This document shows, piece by piece, positions 24,678 through 39,248 of a DNA stretch of 64,000 nt. The DNA is from Adineta vaga (Eukaryota > Animalia > Rotifera): contig CP075497.1 in NCBI GenBank assembly GCA_021613535.1, positions 5,828,001 through 5,892,000 on the forward strand. The letters are read 5' to 3'. The notes beneath the pieces were generated by a model. The model was not told where the DNA came from, made no database searches, and saw nothing but the letters and a program-made list of their open reading frames with translations. Position numbers and translations under genes: made by a program. Each line of letters begins with the position of its first letter. The first letter of the stretch is position 1.

Positions 24678-25670
24678 TGAATCGGAAGATGAATTTCATC
24701 AAGGTGAGTATCTCAACAAAACATTGATATAGATTTTCTTTTCTTTTTTTCTTTTAAAAACTGAGAACATATTTCAAACTAACCTTTCCATTGACTAAAC
24801 AATTGTTTTTACTCTTTTTTTTCTATTTATTTATTTAATTTTTATTTCAATGTTATTGCATGACAAGACTCTTGAATTAATTATTTTTATTTTATGTACC
24901 AAGAAAAAAGAAATAATGTAAAGATGTTTAAACAAGAAACAGAAGTTATATAATGAAGAAAAGAAGAAGATGATGATATTTAAATAAGAAATATCTAGAA
25001 ATACATACAGAAAAATCTCAGTCAAAGAAAATCAACGAATGAGATGGCAAGTAAGTTTCTATATTTTAGATTTCATTGTTATTTTTCCTCTTGTTTATTA
25101 TATATTTTTCTAAATTCAAATAAAATATTCTAAAAAAGAAGAGTCTCTTCTTGTATTGATAAACTGACGAAATGATCATTGATACAACTATTAACCTAAT
25201 GAGTTGTTTATATATTTTCATAACAGAAAAGAAAAAATTCACTTGTGTAGTTTTAGTTGTCGTATGTCAACATGAATAATCACTTATTTACTTTTGTAAG
25301 TCAAACAAAAAATATCATGACATGTGAATTTTCTAAGAAAAAGATCGACTAAGATCAAAATACTATCATCAAATACGAACAAAGATTCTATTATGTAACG
25401 ATTGCAATAGTTCCTTTTCTAATCATGAAATTTATAATTAACATTGAACATCATTTATTCTCACATCGAAAAGTACGAAACGATTACGTACCTTTATAAA
25501 ATAAACAAATACTTGAAATTTAAAAAATGTTGATTGTTCTCTTTTACTTGAAATAGAAAAAAAGAAAAGAAAAACAGACTTTTTTCTCACCGATCAAAAA
25601 AGGAAAGATTTCATTCGCTGATGGCAAGTTTCTTTCTTGGTTGCTATTAAATCACAGTAACATTTTAAAT

Positions 25671-27286
25671 ATGTCTCATATTTCGTCAAACCAAAACTCA
25701 TGGGTTTTAATGCCACAACAATCACCCATACCAAATGGATCGATGAACATTTCTATGGTTTGTAATCGAATGAAATTTTTAAAAGAAACAAATCTGACAT
25801 CTTCTTTTTTCCAGGTAGGCCAACCATCAGTACTACCACCGCAAATGTATCCAACCTCTCAATTACAAGTGAATCTCATTCTTTTACAACTATTTCATAT
25901 ATGCCTTTCTTTTTCCTAGATGTTATCACCTATTATGATGAATAAACAGGTGAGTTCATTTTTTGGGATTTTCTTCTTTTGTTTACTTTTTTGTTGAAAT
26001 AGAATGTTCGTTATCATATTCCACGTATTAATCCAAGTAATCTAGATGATATTCCAACGGAATATCGATCGATGTTAGCAATTAATTATCCACCTCGAAA
26101 TGACGATGATCTTGATGGTTGGTTTACATATTTTCAATATGAAATAGCGATCTATCGTCAAGCAATGCGACGTATTATCTATGATGTTATGCAATTTCGT
26201 CATCAGCATCGTGTATTAGTCGCAGCAAATTTGGATCTACAATCTAAAATAGATAATTATGATAAGAAGAAAAAAGTTCTATATGAACTTTTTCAAGGAG
26301 ATAAACTTGATAAAGAAAAAGTTCGAGAAATATTTGGTAGAATATAAAAACTTTCTTTTTTTTCTACAGGATGATCATTGATTATTAAATTTAGGTCGTT
26401 TAAATGGAAAAATAACAGCTCAAGCGCGTGAATTAAAAGATCAGGAAGTGAAAATTTCGACTTGTGAACGAGAATTAACACGCGTATATTTTCAAAGAAA
26501 ATTATTTCATCTATCTTCATACTGTCTTTTGTTTTAGAGAGAAGAATTACGTGCTCAATACGATCAATTGGTACGTAAAAGTCAAACACGTGAAGCGGAA
26601 ATTAAAGCAGCTCGAGAACGTGTCAATAAAGCTGATACACTTGAAGATACCATTAAATATCAAGATCGTGTTATTGAAAGACTTCAAGCAATGATAAGTA
26701 GTTATATGAGACAAAAACGAACCGAAGGTAAAAATCTTCATTTGGGAAAGAAGATGGATGAGAAATCCATTCATTTTCTTCGTTTTCATAGGAACAATCA
26801 ATGATATTGATCGAACTTTATTAACTGAACATGCTGCTTTAAATGCCGAAACGAAAAAACTTCTAGTTTGTCATTTGAAACTCTCTATTTGAATGATTTC
26901 TTTTCTTTTATGTAGAGAAATCGACCACCAGAACAGCCGGGAATGTTGCCTAACAATCGAGAAAATATTATCCAACAAACTCAAGCTCGACAAACTGAAC
27001 TTACACAACAAAATATTGCGTTTCAAAGAGAATTAGATGCACTAAGCGCAGAAGTAAATATTGATCTACTGTTTATTAAATTCTATGTTTATTCTGTTCG
27101 ATTAGTTTGAAGAAAATGCTGAAATTTGGAAAAAAGAAAAAGCTGATCTTCTAGAACAAATCGATATGATTGATAAACCAGTAAGTTTTCGGAATAGTTT
27201 CTCTCTCCATCAATAACACGGAAATTCTTATTTTCCTTTGGGTCTAGATAACAACACGACAAACGCAAAATAATAATCCGAAATAA
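25671..27286 (+). CDS. Coiled-coil protein resembling the C-terminal half of CCDC33, about 10 exons
   Basis: In-frame exon chain. EIAIYRQAMRRIIYDVMQFR..., LEDTIKYQDRVIERLQ and FEENAEIWKKEKADL recall CCDC33 coiled-coil motifs (from memory). Confidence 0.65.
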
Positions 27287-27392
27287 ACTATTTATTTTAT
27301 CTATGTATTTACAATGATTTCTTTTGCAAATTCGAATAATACATTTCTACTTTTCTGATTCTTAATTGATCTATTATTTGTTTCTATTGCAT

Positions 27393-28406
27393 TTAAGAAG
27401 ATGCTTTCTGAATTCGATATAATAAAAAATGCATCATACGTAATTCATCAATGGACAAACTATGAAATGAAATTGTCAATGGTGAACAACATTCTTCTCC
27501 TTTTTTCTGACTAAATTGAGCATTTCTTTCAATCCATTTTGTAAATTTACCCATAAAATGTTGTTCAAATGTCATCGGATGAAAAGTTTCTAATTGATGA
27601 TTATCACGTAGATTAGTTACAAAAATACCAATTTGTGCAAGACAATAAGCAATATTGATATCTTCGGCTCTATCCGTATGACATGATTTTCGTTGATCAG
27701 GTTTGGTTAGAATTTGTTCACCTAATTCAATGAGCGTTTTTTGACTTAGAACATAACCAGCACCGCCTGATGCATAAAAACGGTCAGGCGTTTGAGCAAC
27801 ATAACCATAATATGAAGTTTGATTTGATTGTCGACGTCGAAGAAAATGACGAAGATTTTCCACAATGACAAAAGTATCATCATCACCTTTGAAAAACCAA
27901 TCATAATTTAAACGATATCGATTGTAAATATAATGTAACGAATGAAGAACTTTTGATGATAATTCATCGTATTTTTCGATTTTATCATCGCCAATGTATG
28001 CTATGGGAAAACGATACATCGAGTGATTCACAGGTGTTGATGGAGGTGAACCAGCAATAATAAAAAGTGAACGATCACATCGTTTAGCCCATGTTCTAAA
28101 TGCGAAGATTGGAAAGGAAAAATAACGAATTCAGTTTCTCTATGTTACGTACTCGTAAACAACAAGTGCTCGATCCAATCGTAAAACTGTTGTCGGAATC
28201 CAACAAAGGATCTTTGTATTTAAATTAATAATATCAGTTTGATCGATGAAAGTGTCAGGTGATAATGGTTGAATGTTATTGTCACAATCACGTTCGGAGA
28301 AATAAAATATATAAATCAAAGGTTGAATGATTAACAATAAAAGTAGAAAGCAAGAAATAAACATTCGACGACGATAGAACAACATGGGAATATGAAAGAT
28401 TACCAT
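27393..28406 (-). CDS. C1GALT1: Core 1 beta-1,3-galactosyltransferase (GT31), 2 exons
   Basis: Type II TM, ILCWIPT...E/TWAKRCD, DWFFKGDDDTFVIVENLR, SGGAGYVLS, AEDINIAYCL, TFHP, ECCSPLTISFH. Confidence 0.93.
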
Positions 28407-28937
28407 AAGAAAAAGAAAGGTAAGGAATAATAAATGACAAGCTGAAAATATATAAAGATTTCGTATGTATAACCTTCACATCATGTACTATTTACTTTTT
28501 GAATAGAATGAAAAACGAAAATAAAATGATTCAAATGTATGAAAATAAAGAAAAAGAATCTTGCACATCGTTTTGTATAACGAGTTCGTAAAAGCTCTTT
28601 TAATATAACAAAACAAATTTACAATAAATCTGTTTCTATTTCGACGTTTTCTTTTTCTTATAAGAAAATAATTTTAGAAATCTGATTTGAGTTCACGAAA
28701 TGATCAGATAGAAGTCGGAAGAATATTAGAAAATAGAATTTCTCATCTTCTACTTTTTCAAAACACGACGACATGAAATTTTGCTGAATAAATTATATAT
28801 TGATCGAATATGTTCGTCTGAGTAGTAAAATAAATATTTATGAATAAGAAGATTGATTTTAATTAAAATTGATTAAAAATCACTGCTCCAATCAGAGCAC
28901 TTTACTTCTCATGAGTATTTTTTCTGTCAGAACATTA

Positions 28938-30805
28938 TTAAAAACTGAAAGACAGTAGGAAAAAGCAGATAACACAATAAATTAATTGATGAAATGTTAA
29001 TCTGCTTGCACCGGAAGTGAAATTATTTACTGTTGTTGGAGTTGTTGTTGGAACTGTTGTTCGAGTTGTTGTTGAAGTTGAAGACTCTATTGGCATAAAA
29101 ATATGAGTCAAGTTGAGAAGAGAACCAGCTGTTGCATATGGATTCGGACTAAGTTTAAGAATGTGACAGGCAATATGATAAATATCGACATTATTGAGTG
29201 AATGAATTTGAACATTTTTATTGAAGGAAGGACCACGAGCCATAAATATACTTTGCATTGATGCCAGTGTATTATCCCATCCATGATTACCTTTGTTAGG
29301 ATAACTTGAATTAGTAGTTGCCTATATGTAAGTATGCAATGATATTCTATTAGACGTATTCAATGATTTACTTCAGATAAAATTTGACCTTCAATATCTG
29401 ATAATGCAGTTATTTCGCCAAGACGATGTTTGGGTTTAGAATAATGGAAACGTTCAGGCATTTCATCGCGTTTATATACTGTTACATTGGGAATACTGCT
29501 AAGATTATTAAAAACTTCTTCTGTCTAATTTGATTTTAAAAGAAAAATTATTTTCTGTAAATTTAGAATTTATTTAATCTCACTTGTCCATTTCGTGGCA
29601 TTACATTGAATAAAGCACCGGAAAGAATAGTTGATTCAACAGCTGCTTTATTGAGATATTTTTCATAGATTGGTCGTACTACTTTTGTTACATTTGTCAT
29701 ACCCTAAAGAATGCAATATTTTTAAATGATTATAAGTTTCTTTGATAAGATTTTCAACATACATGATCAGAGACAATCATAATATTTAAGTTACCATCAA
29801 GTTCTTGTTGTACTTTATCAACTAAATATTTGATGTCAAGATCAAGCCGCAATAACTAATTAGAAGTACTATATATTTAATTTTTCGGTTGTTTATTGAA
29901 TTTACCGTATCACGCATTTCTGGAGAATTAGGACCATATGTATGACCTTGTTTATCTGGTTCACTTTTGATAAATCACAACAATTATCTCAAAATTTCCT
30001 ATCAAATTTTCAACTTACAAATGATATAATAACACTAGTTGTACTGGTAATTCTCGAAGATATCGAATAGCATTATCAATCTTCTCTCGCAAAGGTATAC
30101 TATCTGAATATGTCCAACTATAAATAAGCGGACGAATACCATGAAATTCATTGTGACATGCGGGCCAAAATAGAACAGCAGATTTAACATTCTGAAAAAA
30201 AACCATGCAAACAGAATATGATTATATATTTGACTTTTTCCCCCTCAAACTTGTTTAGTAGCAGTGATCCAAATGGGCTCCACTTTTGGATCAGACCATT
30301 GTCCTTCCTCACGACTACCTGAAATAATCAAGTATTCATTTTATATACTCACGAAAATTGTAAACTACAAACTCATTCCAATCGTTTTATTCAATAATCT
30401 ATCATAGAATGTGTTATGTATTATACCATGATCTTCTTGATACATTCCTAAATTTTAATCATAGAATTAAGAATAACTAATTCTTATTCTTAAAAGATTC
30501 GAATACCTGTCGCAATGGATATATGATTAGGAAATGTCATTGTCGTAAATGTTGGTCGCATTCCATGTGTTGCTTGAACACCTTGATTACGAAATTCATT
30601 TAAGTTTAATAATTGATGTTCATTCAAATAATCATGTCGAAAACCTTTAGAAAACAAGTTATGACAATTATACATCTTTCAAAGCTCTCATTCACTAACC
30701 ATCAAGTGAAATGATGAGTAAACGTGGTGGCAGACTGGAAGATTTCTTTTCCGCATCAATCGATGAGAATAACAGAATTTGTAAGAGAAGAACTCGATGG
30801 TACAT
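28938..30805 (-). CDS. Ectonucleotide pyrophosphatase/phosphodiesterase (ENPP4/5/6-like) with signal peptide and GPI-like C-terminus
   Basis: LLIISLDG/FRHDY, TMTFPNHISIATG/MYQEDHGI (catalytic Thr), EPIW, F/EPDKQGHTYGP, IVSDH/GM, GNHGWDN...MQSIFMARGPSF; Thr-rich stalk and hydrophobic tail. All exons in frame. Confidence 0.95.
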
Positions 30806-31140
30806 TATCGATAAAACGAAAAAGTAAGAAATGACTTCTTTTCAAACAGAATCATCAACTTATATCAAAAAATAGAAATAAATCATTGTTTCTTTGCTAC
30901 TTTTATTACCATATACATATATCATTTGTTCTTATCTTTGAAAAACAACTATGTATTTACGAGATTATCGAATCTTATATATATATATATATATACATAA
31001 AGAAAACAATAATCGTTTGGCCTTTTTCATGTAAATAACGTTTGAATTTTGCTCGTAGAGTTAATGTCAAAAAACAGATGTCGGTTAGATTTTCATTATT
31101 ACAATGATGAAAACAAAAAAGAACGAAATAAACACATAGA

Positions 31141-32309
31141 TTAAATTAATTGTTCAAGTTCATCAGCAGATCGATTTAAATACGAAGCGGCTTCTCGATA
31201 AGCATTAACAAGAACTTTAATTGAGCTTGTTTCTGTATTTGATAATTTCGTTTGTTTTGATGATCTATTTATATTTGTTGATGAATCCGTTGTTCCTAAA
31301 GAGAAATCGAAAAAATAAGTATGAGAGAAATGAAAAAAAAAGCGTATTGATAAGAACCATTTGTGTGTGAATGAGATGAAGTAAGTGTTGGAGGTGGTGC
31401 AGTTAATGATTGAAGAAAACTTGATGGAGAGAAATTTGGACGAAATAGAGGCGATGTTGAACTAGTACCATTTGAAGTTGGAGTAGATGTTCCAGCAGAA
31501 AAATATGCTGATAAATCCAATTGTGGACAGAATTGTTGAGAAAATGCATGACGAAGAAAATCAGCATCTAATGCAGATAATGTTGACGTAGAAGGTGTAA
31601 CAAGATCAGACTATAAAGTAATAAAAACACATTATCTTGATGATTTTTTATATCTGATATAAAAAGAAAACGATGTGTTCTTGTTGAAATCATGAATGCG
31701 AAATAAAGTGAAGACAACACCTTCAACGATTATAACATAATTACAGTTTTCGTTGTCGAATTTGTTGATGTTGAATTTGATCGATTCTTTTTCGTATTTG
31801 TTTCATTGGAATGTGATGTACTTGAATGTTCCTATTAAAAAAAAGAAAGAATCTTTAAAAATAGATGATCATCAATCTAGAAAACACTTTTACTTGATGT
31901 GAAAATCCATGTGATGATTGATGAGATTTTCGTCCTTTGAAAATACTACGAATCATTCGACGAATTCGTTCATGAGATAAATCACGAAATTCTTTGATGC
32001 AAGCATTTTCAAGTGCTTTGACTTGCTCATCATATGTTGAACCGAGTGACGATGAATCGTTCATTAACGTTTGAATAAATAACTAATAAAGAAAAAAAAG
32101 AACATGATTTATTTAGATTTGACAGAATTTACCTTAAGAGTTTTCATGCGTAATTGAGAATCATTTTCTTTTTTCGTTTTATTGTTAGTAAGCGTTTGTT
32201 CATCAGTGTGATTTGGTGAGTGTTTATTTGATGAATTGATTGAAGTTGTAGCTGTTCCATTGGCACGATGCGGTGACCGGGAACGATCTTTTGGTGACTG
32301 AGAAAGCAT
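31141..32309 (-). CDS. NOL4-like protein (short form), 5 coding exons
   Basis: RMKTLK/LFIQ...QVKALENACIKEFRDLSHERIRRMIRSIFK and C-terminal LSNTETSSIKVLVNAYREAASYLNRSADELEQLI match the two conserved NOL4 blocks (from memory). Confidence 0.75.
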
Positions 32310-33976
32310 ATCTAGAAAGAAAAGAAAAAGAAAACGTTGATCACTTACTTTATATTATTTACAGTGAGATATTTCGAGAAAAGCCGATGACGAAGGAGAA
32401 GTAGAAGGAGCAGAAGAAGCAGAAAAGAAAAAGAAGAAATCGTCTTCTTTCTTTGTATTCATTTTTTTTCTGTTTCTTTTCAGTTATTCTGTCATTATTT
32501 ATGAAAATACGAAGTGATGAATGAACAGACTAAGCATGTTCTCTTCTTCTTCTTCTTCTTCTTCTTTTTTTATTCCAATTCTCTCCAGTTTTCTTGCTAT
32601 TAATCTATTGACGTTGTTCTGCATGTTCAGGTTGACATATTCTCATCGATGTATGTAGAGTTATCTCACTAATAGAACGATGCTTGAATCAATTTCAGCA
32701 AAATGAACTCTAACTTACATGTATATATATAAGGAAAAATGACGCACTACGAACGGAAAGCTCTTTTCCTGTCTTATTTTCCCTAAAAAAGGTTTTTTTT
32801 TCCTCGCTGAATCTCTTCGTTTTTTTTTAACTACAAGACATCTCACCATTGTAGTTAACGAAGGTGAAAGCCGGTAAACGTCTTTATATGTGCAATGTCG
32901 GTAAACTATTAAAAACAGAAAGTGAACGTTGGGAGTATGCTCATTCCGCTCGTCTAACAAAGAAATTGATAATGAAGACGAACGACGCATTTTGCACTAC
33001 TACTCATAACAGTATTTTCCTTCTTGCCTTTTCCTTCTCTTCATCCAAAAAAACGGTGTGTGTGTGCGTTTCTTCTTTCCGACGAAGACGACAATTCATT
33101 TTCTCTGCGCCCAAAAAAAAGAATGACGAGAGAAGCACGGAGAGAAGATCATGTTTTCTGTTCTCAAATGGAATAATATAAGACGAATGAGCACACACGC
33201 ACACATACAATATGTAGCTTAGATTCTATTACGTACCGACGCGACCACCACTCGAGATCTGCTTTGCTTTGACTAGATGACGGAAGTGAAATAGTAACCA
33301 TGTCATAGCAGTAAAAAAAGAAGAAGAAGAAGAAGAAGACATATTGCTAGTCACCTGTCATTATTAAATGAAGCTAGTAATTGTTATTGCAATATTCTAA
33401 TAACGGAAGTCTTTCAGACAAAATCATCAATCTAATCGATTCATTTTATTTTCATTTCAATTATAAAATGTTCCTATGAGTTTTACATTATTGATCGAGT
33501 CAAGTATCAAGCTGATGCAAATCAAATAACATCAAAATATTCATACTGATAAACGATAAAACTATATATTTTTCTTGTTTATCAATGACACTCTGCGACT
33601 CATTTCAATCAAATACTATACCCAACAGCTGGCTGCTGTTGCCAATTGATAGAGATAAAGGCAACGACGAAGAAAAAGAGAGGGATAGAGAGAGAGAAAG
33701 AAACGAAATACGAAAAAACAACATAGAAATGAAAGAAAGAATATTATATTGAATAGAGACACATTTGTGAAAAAATCCGTCTATCTACTCGACAGAGACT
33801 CGAAGCAAGAAAAAAAACACACAAGGCACAACTATTTCATTAATCATATTTTTGCTTATTTTCAAACATCGTAATTATTTATAAACATCAGTAATTTATC
33901 CAACACAAATCATTCGAAAATTTGAAATTATTTGCAAAATTAAGAATACATTTGAAAGACGAGATGACACATAACA

Positions 33977-36900
33977 ATGGAAGATACTGGTTCTTATAGT
34001 CTATCGGGTTATTTATCACTTAAACCCCTAGGAGGTAAATATATCATTTATCTTTCTTTTTCTTTTCTTGATAAAATTAATTTTAGCGTTAAGTCTTGTC
34101 CTTCCGATTCGTCGTTACTGGTCTGCATTTAATGAATCAAGTCAAACATTAGAATTTTATCAAACTGAACGAGATTTAATTAGTAATAAAACTCCAATTG
34201 AAAGTATACCTTTATATCGAGCGGCAATTACTTTAAGTACGAATGAAGAACGTGTCTTTATTATTTTGTATGTTTGATAATTTCATAATGATTTATTTGA
34301 ATATTTCTCTTTTCTAAGAACGAATAATAAGGAATATCATTTACGAGCTGAAAATCATGAAGCTTTAATGATATGGTTATTTGGACTACAAGTAAGACAG
34401 TCGAATTAATTGAATACAACTATTTCTAAAAAGATTCGATTTCTTAGACAAAACGTGATTCATGTAATCCACTAAAGATTGGAGTAACAATGCAAGAAAC
34501 AGATGCAGGCATGGATATTGATGAAGTAAGTCAAGATTTTTCTTTGTTACTTATTTCTAAAGAAAAATATTCTACTTAGGTTATTAATAATGATGATGGT
34601 ACGTAGAAACAAGAGTAAGAAATTGATCAGATAAATATCGAGATATTTAGTTTGGCGAACTTGTCGAGCAGATAGTTTTACTCGAACGGATTTTTTACAA
34701 CCAAGAATGTTTCTAACTGAACGACCAAATCTAAGTGATTTTTCCAATGAAGATGGTTAGTTTTTCTTCTTCTTTTTATTTCATATTTTTAATCATCACA
34801 TTGTATCTTTTGGCAAAAAAAGTTTTTATAGAAAAACATCGACATGGTTCAATCAATGAAACTACGACACGAAAAATGAGGTACTTCATCGAAAGAATCT
34901 ATCAGAAGTATGATCAATGATTTATTTTAGTTTATCATCAAATTCAGGTGCTCATCTTTGTGATACGTGTACATCATCCCTATGTACAAATTGTCGTTCG
35001 ATATTAATACGACCATTAGATTCTATTCGAGAATCAACTCCATATCGAAATGGTTCATCAAGTCATTCGATTGAATCATCAGATTCTGCTTTTTGTGATC
35101 AACGTTTATTAGATTTAACTGATGGTTTACATCATCATCAACATACTTTACAAGAAACCCTTTTGTATGTATTGATATTTATTTGATTTTCCTCAAAGAA
35201 TTCTTTAATTTAGAACATTGAAATGTGAATTAGCATCGTTAATTAATAAAGAAAATATCTATCAAATGATTATAAAAGAAAAAACAGATGTAATTCGAAA
35301 ACTTGAAAAACAATTATCGGATGTTATTCAATCACAAACAACATCTAGCAAGTAAGCAATAGATCAATTTTGAGAAAATAAAAAAGGATAATCGATAAAT
35401 ATTCTTAGACAACAAACAATCTCGAAATTATTTCATGAACGAAGTCGAGAAAGTAATAATGAATTGAAATTTCTTCATTGTGAAATTACAAAATTACATC
35501 GAATTATTCGTGATGATGATGTTAAAATACGTAAACTTGGAAAGTAAAGTTGAAATTAAGAAAAATTTTATTCAAAATTTGAAATACATCTTCTTTAATT
35601 AGAACAATTCGTTTACAACAAAGTCAACGTGAAAGTTTACAACGTGATTATATTTATCTATTACAAACATCTCTATCAACTGAAGAGACTCGGTTATTCG
35701 GAGGATTAAAAGTATTTTGTATTCATTTTCTCTAATCAATTTCTTTCCTTTTTCTACTATTCAGCATCGTGATCGATTGAAAGATTTATTAACTGAATGT
35801 CGTAAACGTGATCCATCATTGCCATCATTCGATAGGTAAAATGTTCATTAATTAATCTTTGTTTTTTTTTGTATTCTTCAGTTTATTTTAGTATGGAAGG
35901 TTCTGGATTGTACATAGATTCGTATGGTTTCAAACATGAGAAAAGCAATGAAAATGATCGTTTACAATACATTTGTGTAAAATTAACTCATTTTTTCAAT
36001 TCGAAAGCTCATAGTTCTGATGAACATGTTTGGCGATCTCTATTGAAAACATATCAAACAAGTTCAACAGTACCCGTAAGATATTTCACGTAAAATAATT
36101 ATTATTCTTTAAAACAAATATGTTTATTTGAAAGAAAACATTTAAATATCTTGTACGACAAGGTATACCGAATCATCTTCGTGCAGAAGTTTGGCATATT
36201 TTGATACAAAAACAAGTACACGATATTCGAAAAGAAAAAGGTTCAAATTATTTTCATAATCTTTGCCATTTATTACCAAATTCGGATGTAAGAATCTCAT
36301 TGATCGATCTTTTCATTCAAATATCTCTTCTTAGTTACATAATAAATTTGAAAAGCAAATTGCATTGGATCTCTATCGAACAATGCCAACTAATATTCGA
36401 TTTTCAAACAAAGATTCTGATGGAGTAAAAAACTTCTTTTTTTTTGTTATCATAATACAATGATTCTATAATAGATACGTCAGCTGCGTCAAGTTTTACA
36501 AGTCTTTTGTCTACATAATTCAACTATTGGCTATTGTCAAGGAATGAATTTTATCGTTGCAGTTGCCCTTTTACTTCTCGAACCAGAAGATACTTTTTGG
36601 CTTTTAATTGCTATTACTGAATGTCATTTAACTAACTATTATGATATTGGTCTTATTGGTGCACAAGTTGATCAATTTGTTTTAAAGGATCTTATCAAAC
36701 AAAAGGCACCAGATATTCATCAACATTTTGAAAACAATGAAGTTGAAATAACTTCGTTAACATTAAATTGGTTTATGGCAATATTTATTGATAGTGTCCC
36801 ATTTGAAACCTTATTACGCATATGGGATTGTTTTCTACTGGAAGGTGTGAAAGTTCTCTTTCGTTTTGCATTAGCTATATTAATTATAAATCGAGAAAGT

Positions 36901-39248
36901 ATTTTAACACGAACAGATACAATTTCGATGATGAAACATATCAAAGATTCAGCAAAACATTTAATCGATGTTGAAAATCTTTTCAAAGTAAATCATATTT
37001 GAATTCTTTTCATTGAATTCATCTTATTATTGAATAGATTGCATTCGAAGATTTCAAACCATTTTGTCATCGAAAAGATATTGCAATTAAACAAGCATAT
37101 TGGACGAAAATGTTAACAGATAAAGTTGTTAAACGGCAATTATCACGTGAAGGTTTTACCAAACGAGATTATGTTGTAAGTCAATCGAGAATCAATTGAA
37201 TAAGAAAATAAAATTGATTGTATTTAGTTTCAAGAAATTAATCAATCAACAACAACACTCGATTGTGCTGTTGTACTTCCTGGAAGTCTGTTTATTTATT
37301 TATTTATCTTTATTTATTAATGTTCTTTTCGTTTTCATTTCATTAGATTTAGTTTGGATTGCATTTGGTTCACAATATAGTTTACATCTGTTTGAAGTTA
37401 ATATCGAACGTGGCATTATGATCGATCTTGAAACAACAGTATGAAAAATTTTACTTTTCATTCTGAAGAAAAAGTTATTTCTCGTTATAGTATAATTCTC
37501 GAGCATTCTGTATGACATGTGTCAATAATGAAATTGTTTTAATTGGTACACTTTGTGGAACATTATTGAATTTTTCTATTGATGATAGGTAATGAATGAT
37601 AAATGGATATGATGACTTTTTGTTTACTTTCTTTTTAGACAAATTCGATGGGCTACTCGACTTCGAAGTTGTGTTCTTTGTATGATTAGTTCGAATAAAG
37701 GGAATTTTAATCGAATTTATTGTGGATTATCAGATGGAAACATAGCAATTGTTGAAGTAAATTTCAATTGAATAAAATCGAAATGATTTCTTATCTTTTA
37801 GTTACACAATCAACGAGAACCTGAAGAAGCATTTTGTATAACGATCGATAAATCAGCAATAACTGCTATTGCTTATCGTAATGATAAATTATGGTGTTTA
37901 AGTGCAAATAAAATGACAATCATCAATGAAAAGTAATAAATTATTTGCAAATAGTTTTTTTTATTCTCTATTGATCTTTTTAGAACATTGGATATTCTTT
38001 CAAGTATTGATTTAACATTTGAAATTTTAGATCCAACATCATTACTTTATTATGATGATGATGATTGTGATCATCTATGGATTTTACTTCGATCAACAAG
38101 TAATACATTACAAGTATGGAATCAATCGGATTGTAAATTACATGGAATGATATGTTTAAATCATTTATTTGAAAAAGTTGGTAAAACAGATAATCAAATA
38201 ACAATTCTAGAAGAAACATTGCAATTTGATTCAAATGATGAAGCTAATGGTTCAAGTAATCTAAGTGATCAAATACGTATTACTTCCTTTCTTATTCACG
38301 ATGAACAATTATGGATTGGAACATCAACTGGTATTATATTTGTATTTAATTTTACATTTCAACCAAAATCTGTACATTCATATTCGACAAATATGAAATC
38401 TTCTTCTTCAAGATCAATGAGTGTTGCTGGTCATATGTTTAATCAATCATCTCGATCCTATTTATCACCATTACCTGATCTTATATATAATCCGAAGAAA
38501 TCTCGTTCAAGATCGGATTCTGCAATGATTGATTTAGCAAATTCATCAGATGATTCATGGAATGTTAATCAATTCTATCGGATTACTTTTTCAACAAAAT
38601 CAAAAGATCGATCGATGCATATTCAACGACGTCAACGACGTCACCATTCTACACTCACTGATCCGATTATTGAATCGAAAATTTATCGAGAAACGGATTC
38701 ATGTGATACAAGTACAACATTAACATCAACAAAAACTCTTTCATCAAGTCCAGCTGTTATATCAACTGATGAATTGTGTCAAGAACATTGCCGTATAAGA
38801 TTTCCTTCAATCGTCAATAAACAACAGAAATCTTTAGAAGCATCAGCATCACTTTCATTTAGTCTGGTATTTAAAGCGAAAATTTCCGATACGCCTGTGA
38901 AATGTATTTGTAAAACAAAGTAGAATATTTTCTTCGAATATCAAACATATAGATTCTTATGTATTTTAGATGCAATGATCAAATTATTATACTGACATGT
39001 TCTGGAAAACTCGGTGATGATGAAACCGTTTGTCGATGGAAACGAGTACAAAATACGGTAATGAGTATGATATGAAATGATTGATTTTAATAGGATTTGT
39101 TTTTTAGAAGCAATGGACTAATGATGTTATTGTAGAATTAAGTACAGAAACTATGTTACCTATTCGACCTCATTATGCTCGTCAACAATATTTGAGAGAT
39201 CATCGTGATCGTTCTGTTAGCATTTCATCGAATACTTCAAAGCTTTAA
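33977..39248 (+). CDS. TBC1D2-like Rab-GAP: PH, coiled coil, TBC and C-terminal beta-propeller-like region; more than 20 exons
   Basis: PH (LSGYLSLK...RRYWSAF...YHLRAENHEALMIWLFGLQ), DSYGF, LVRQGIPNHLRAEVW, QIALDLYRT (Arg finger), GYCQGMNF (Gln finger), LLRIWDCFLLEG. Downstream strands LIGTL, IYCGLSDG, LWIGTSTG. All junctions splice in frame. Confidence 0.92.
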
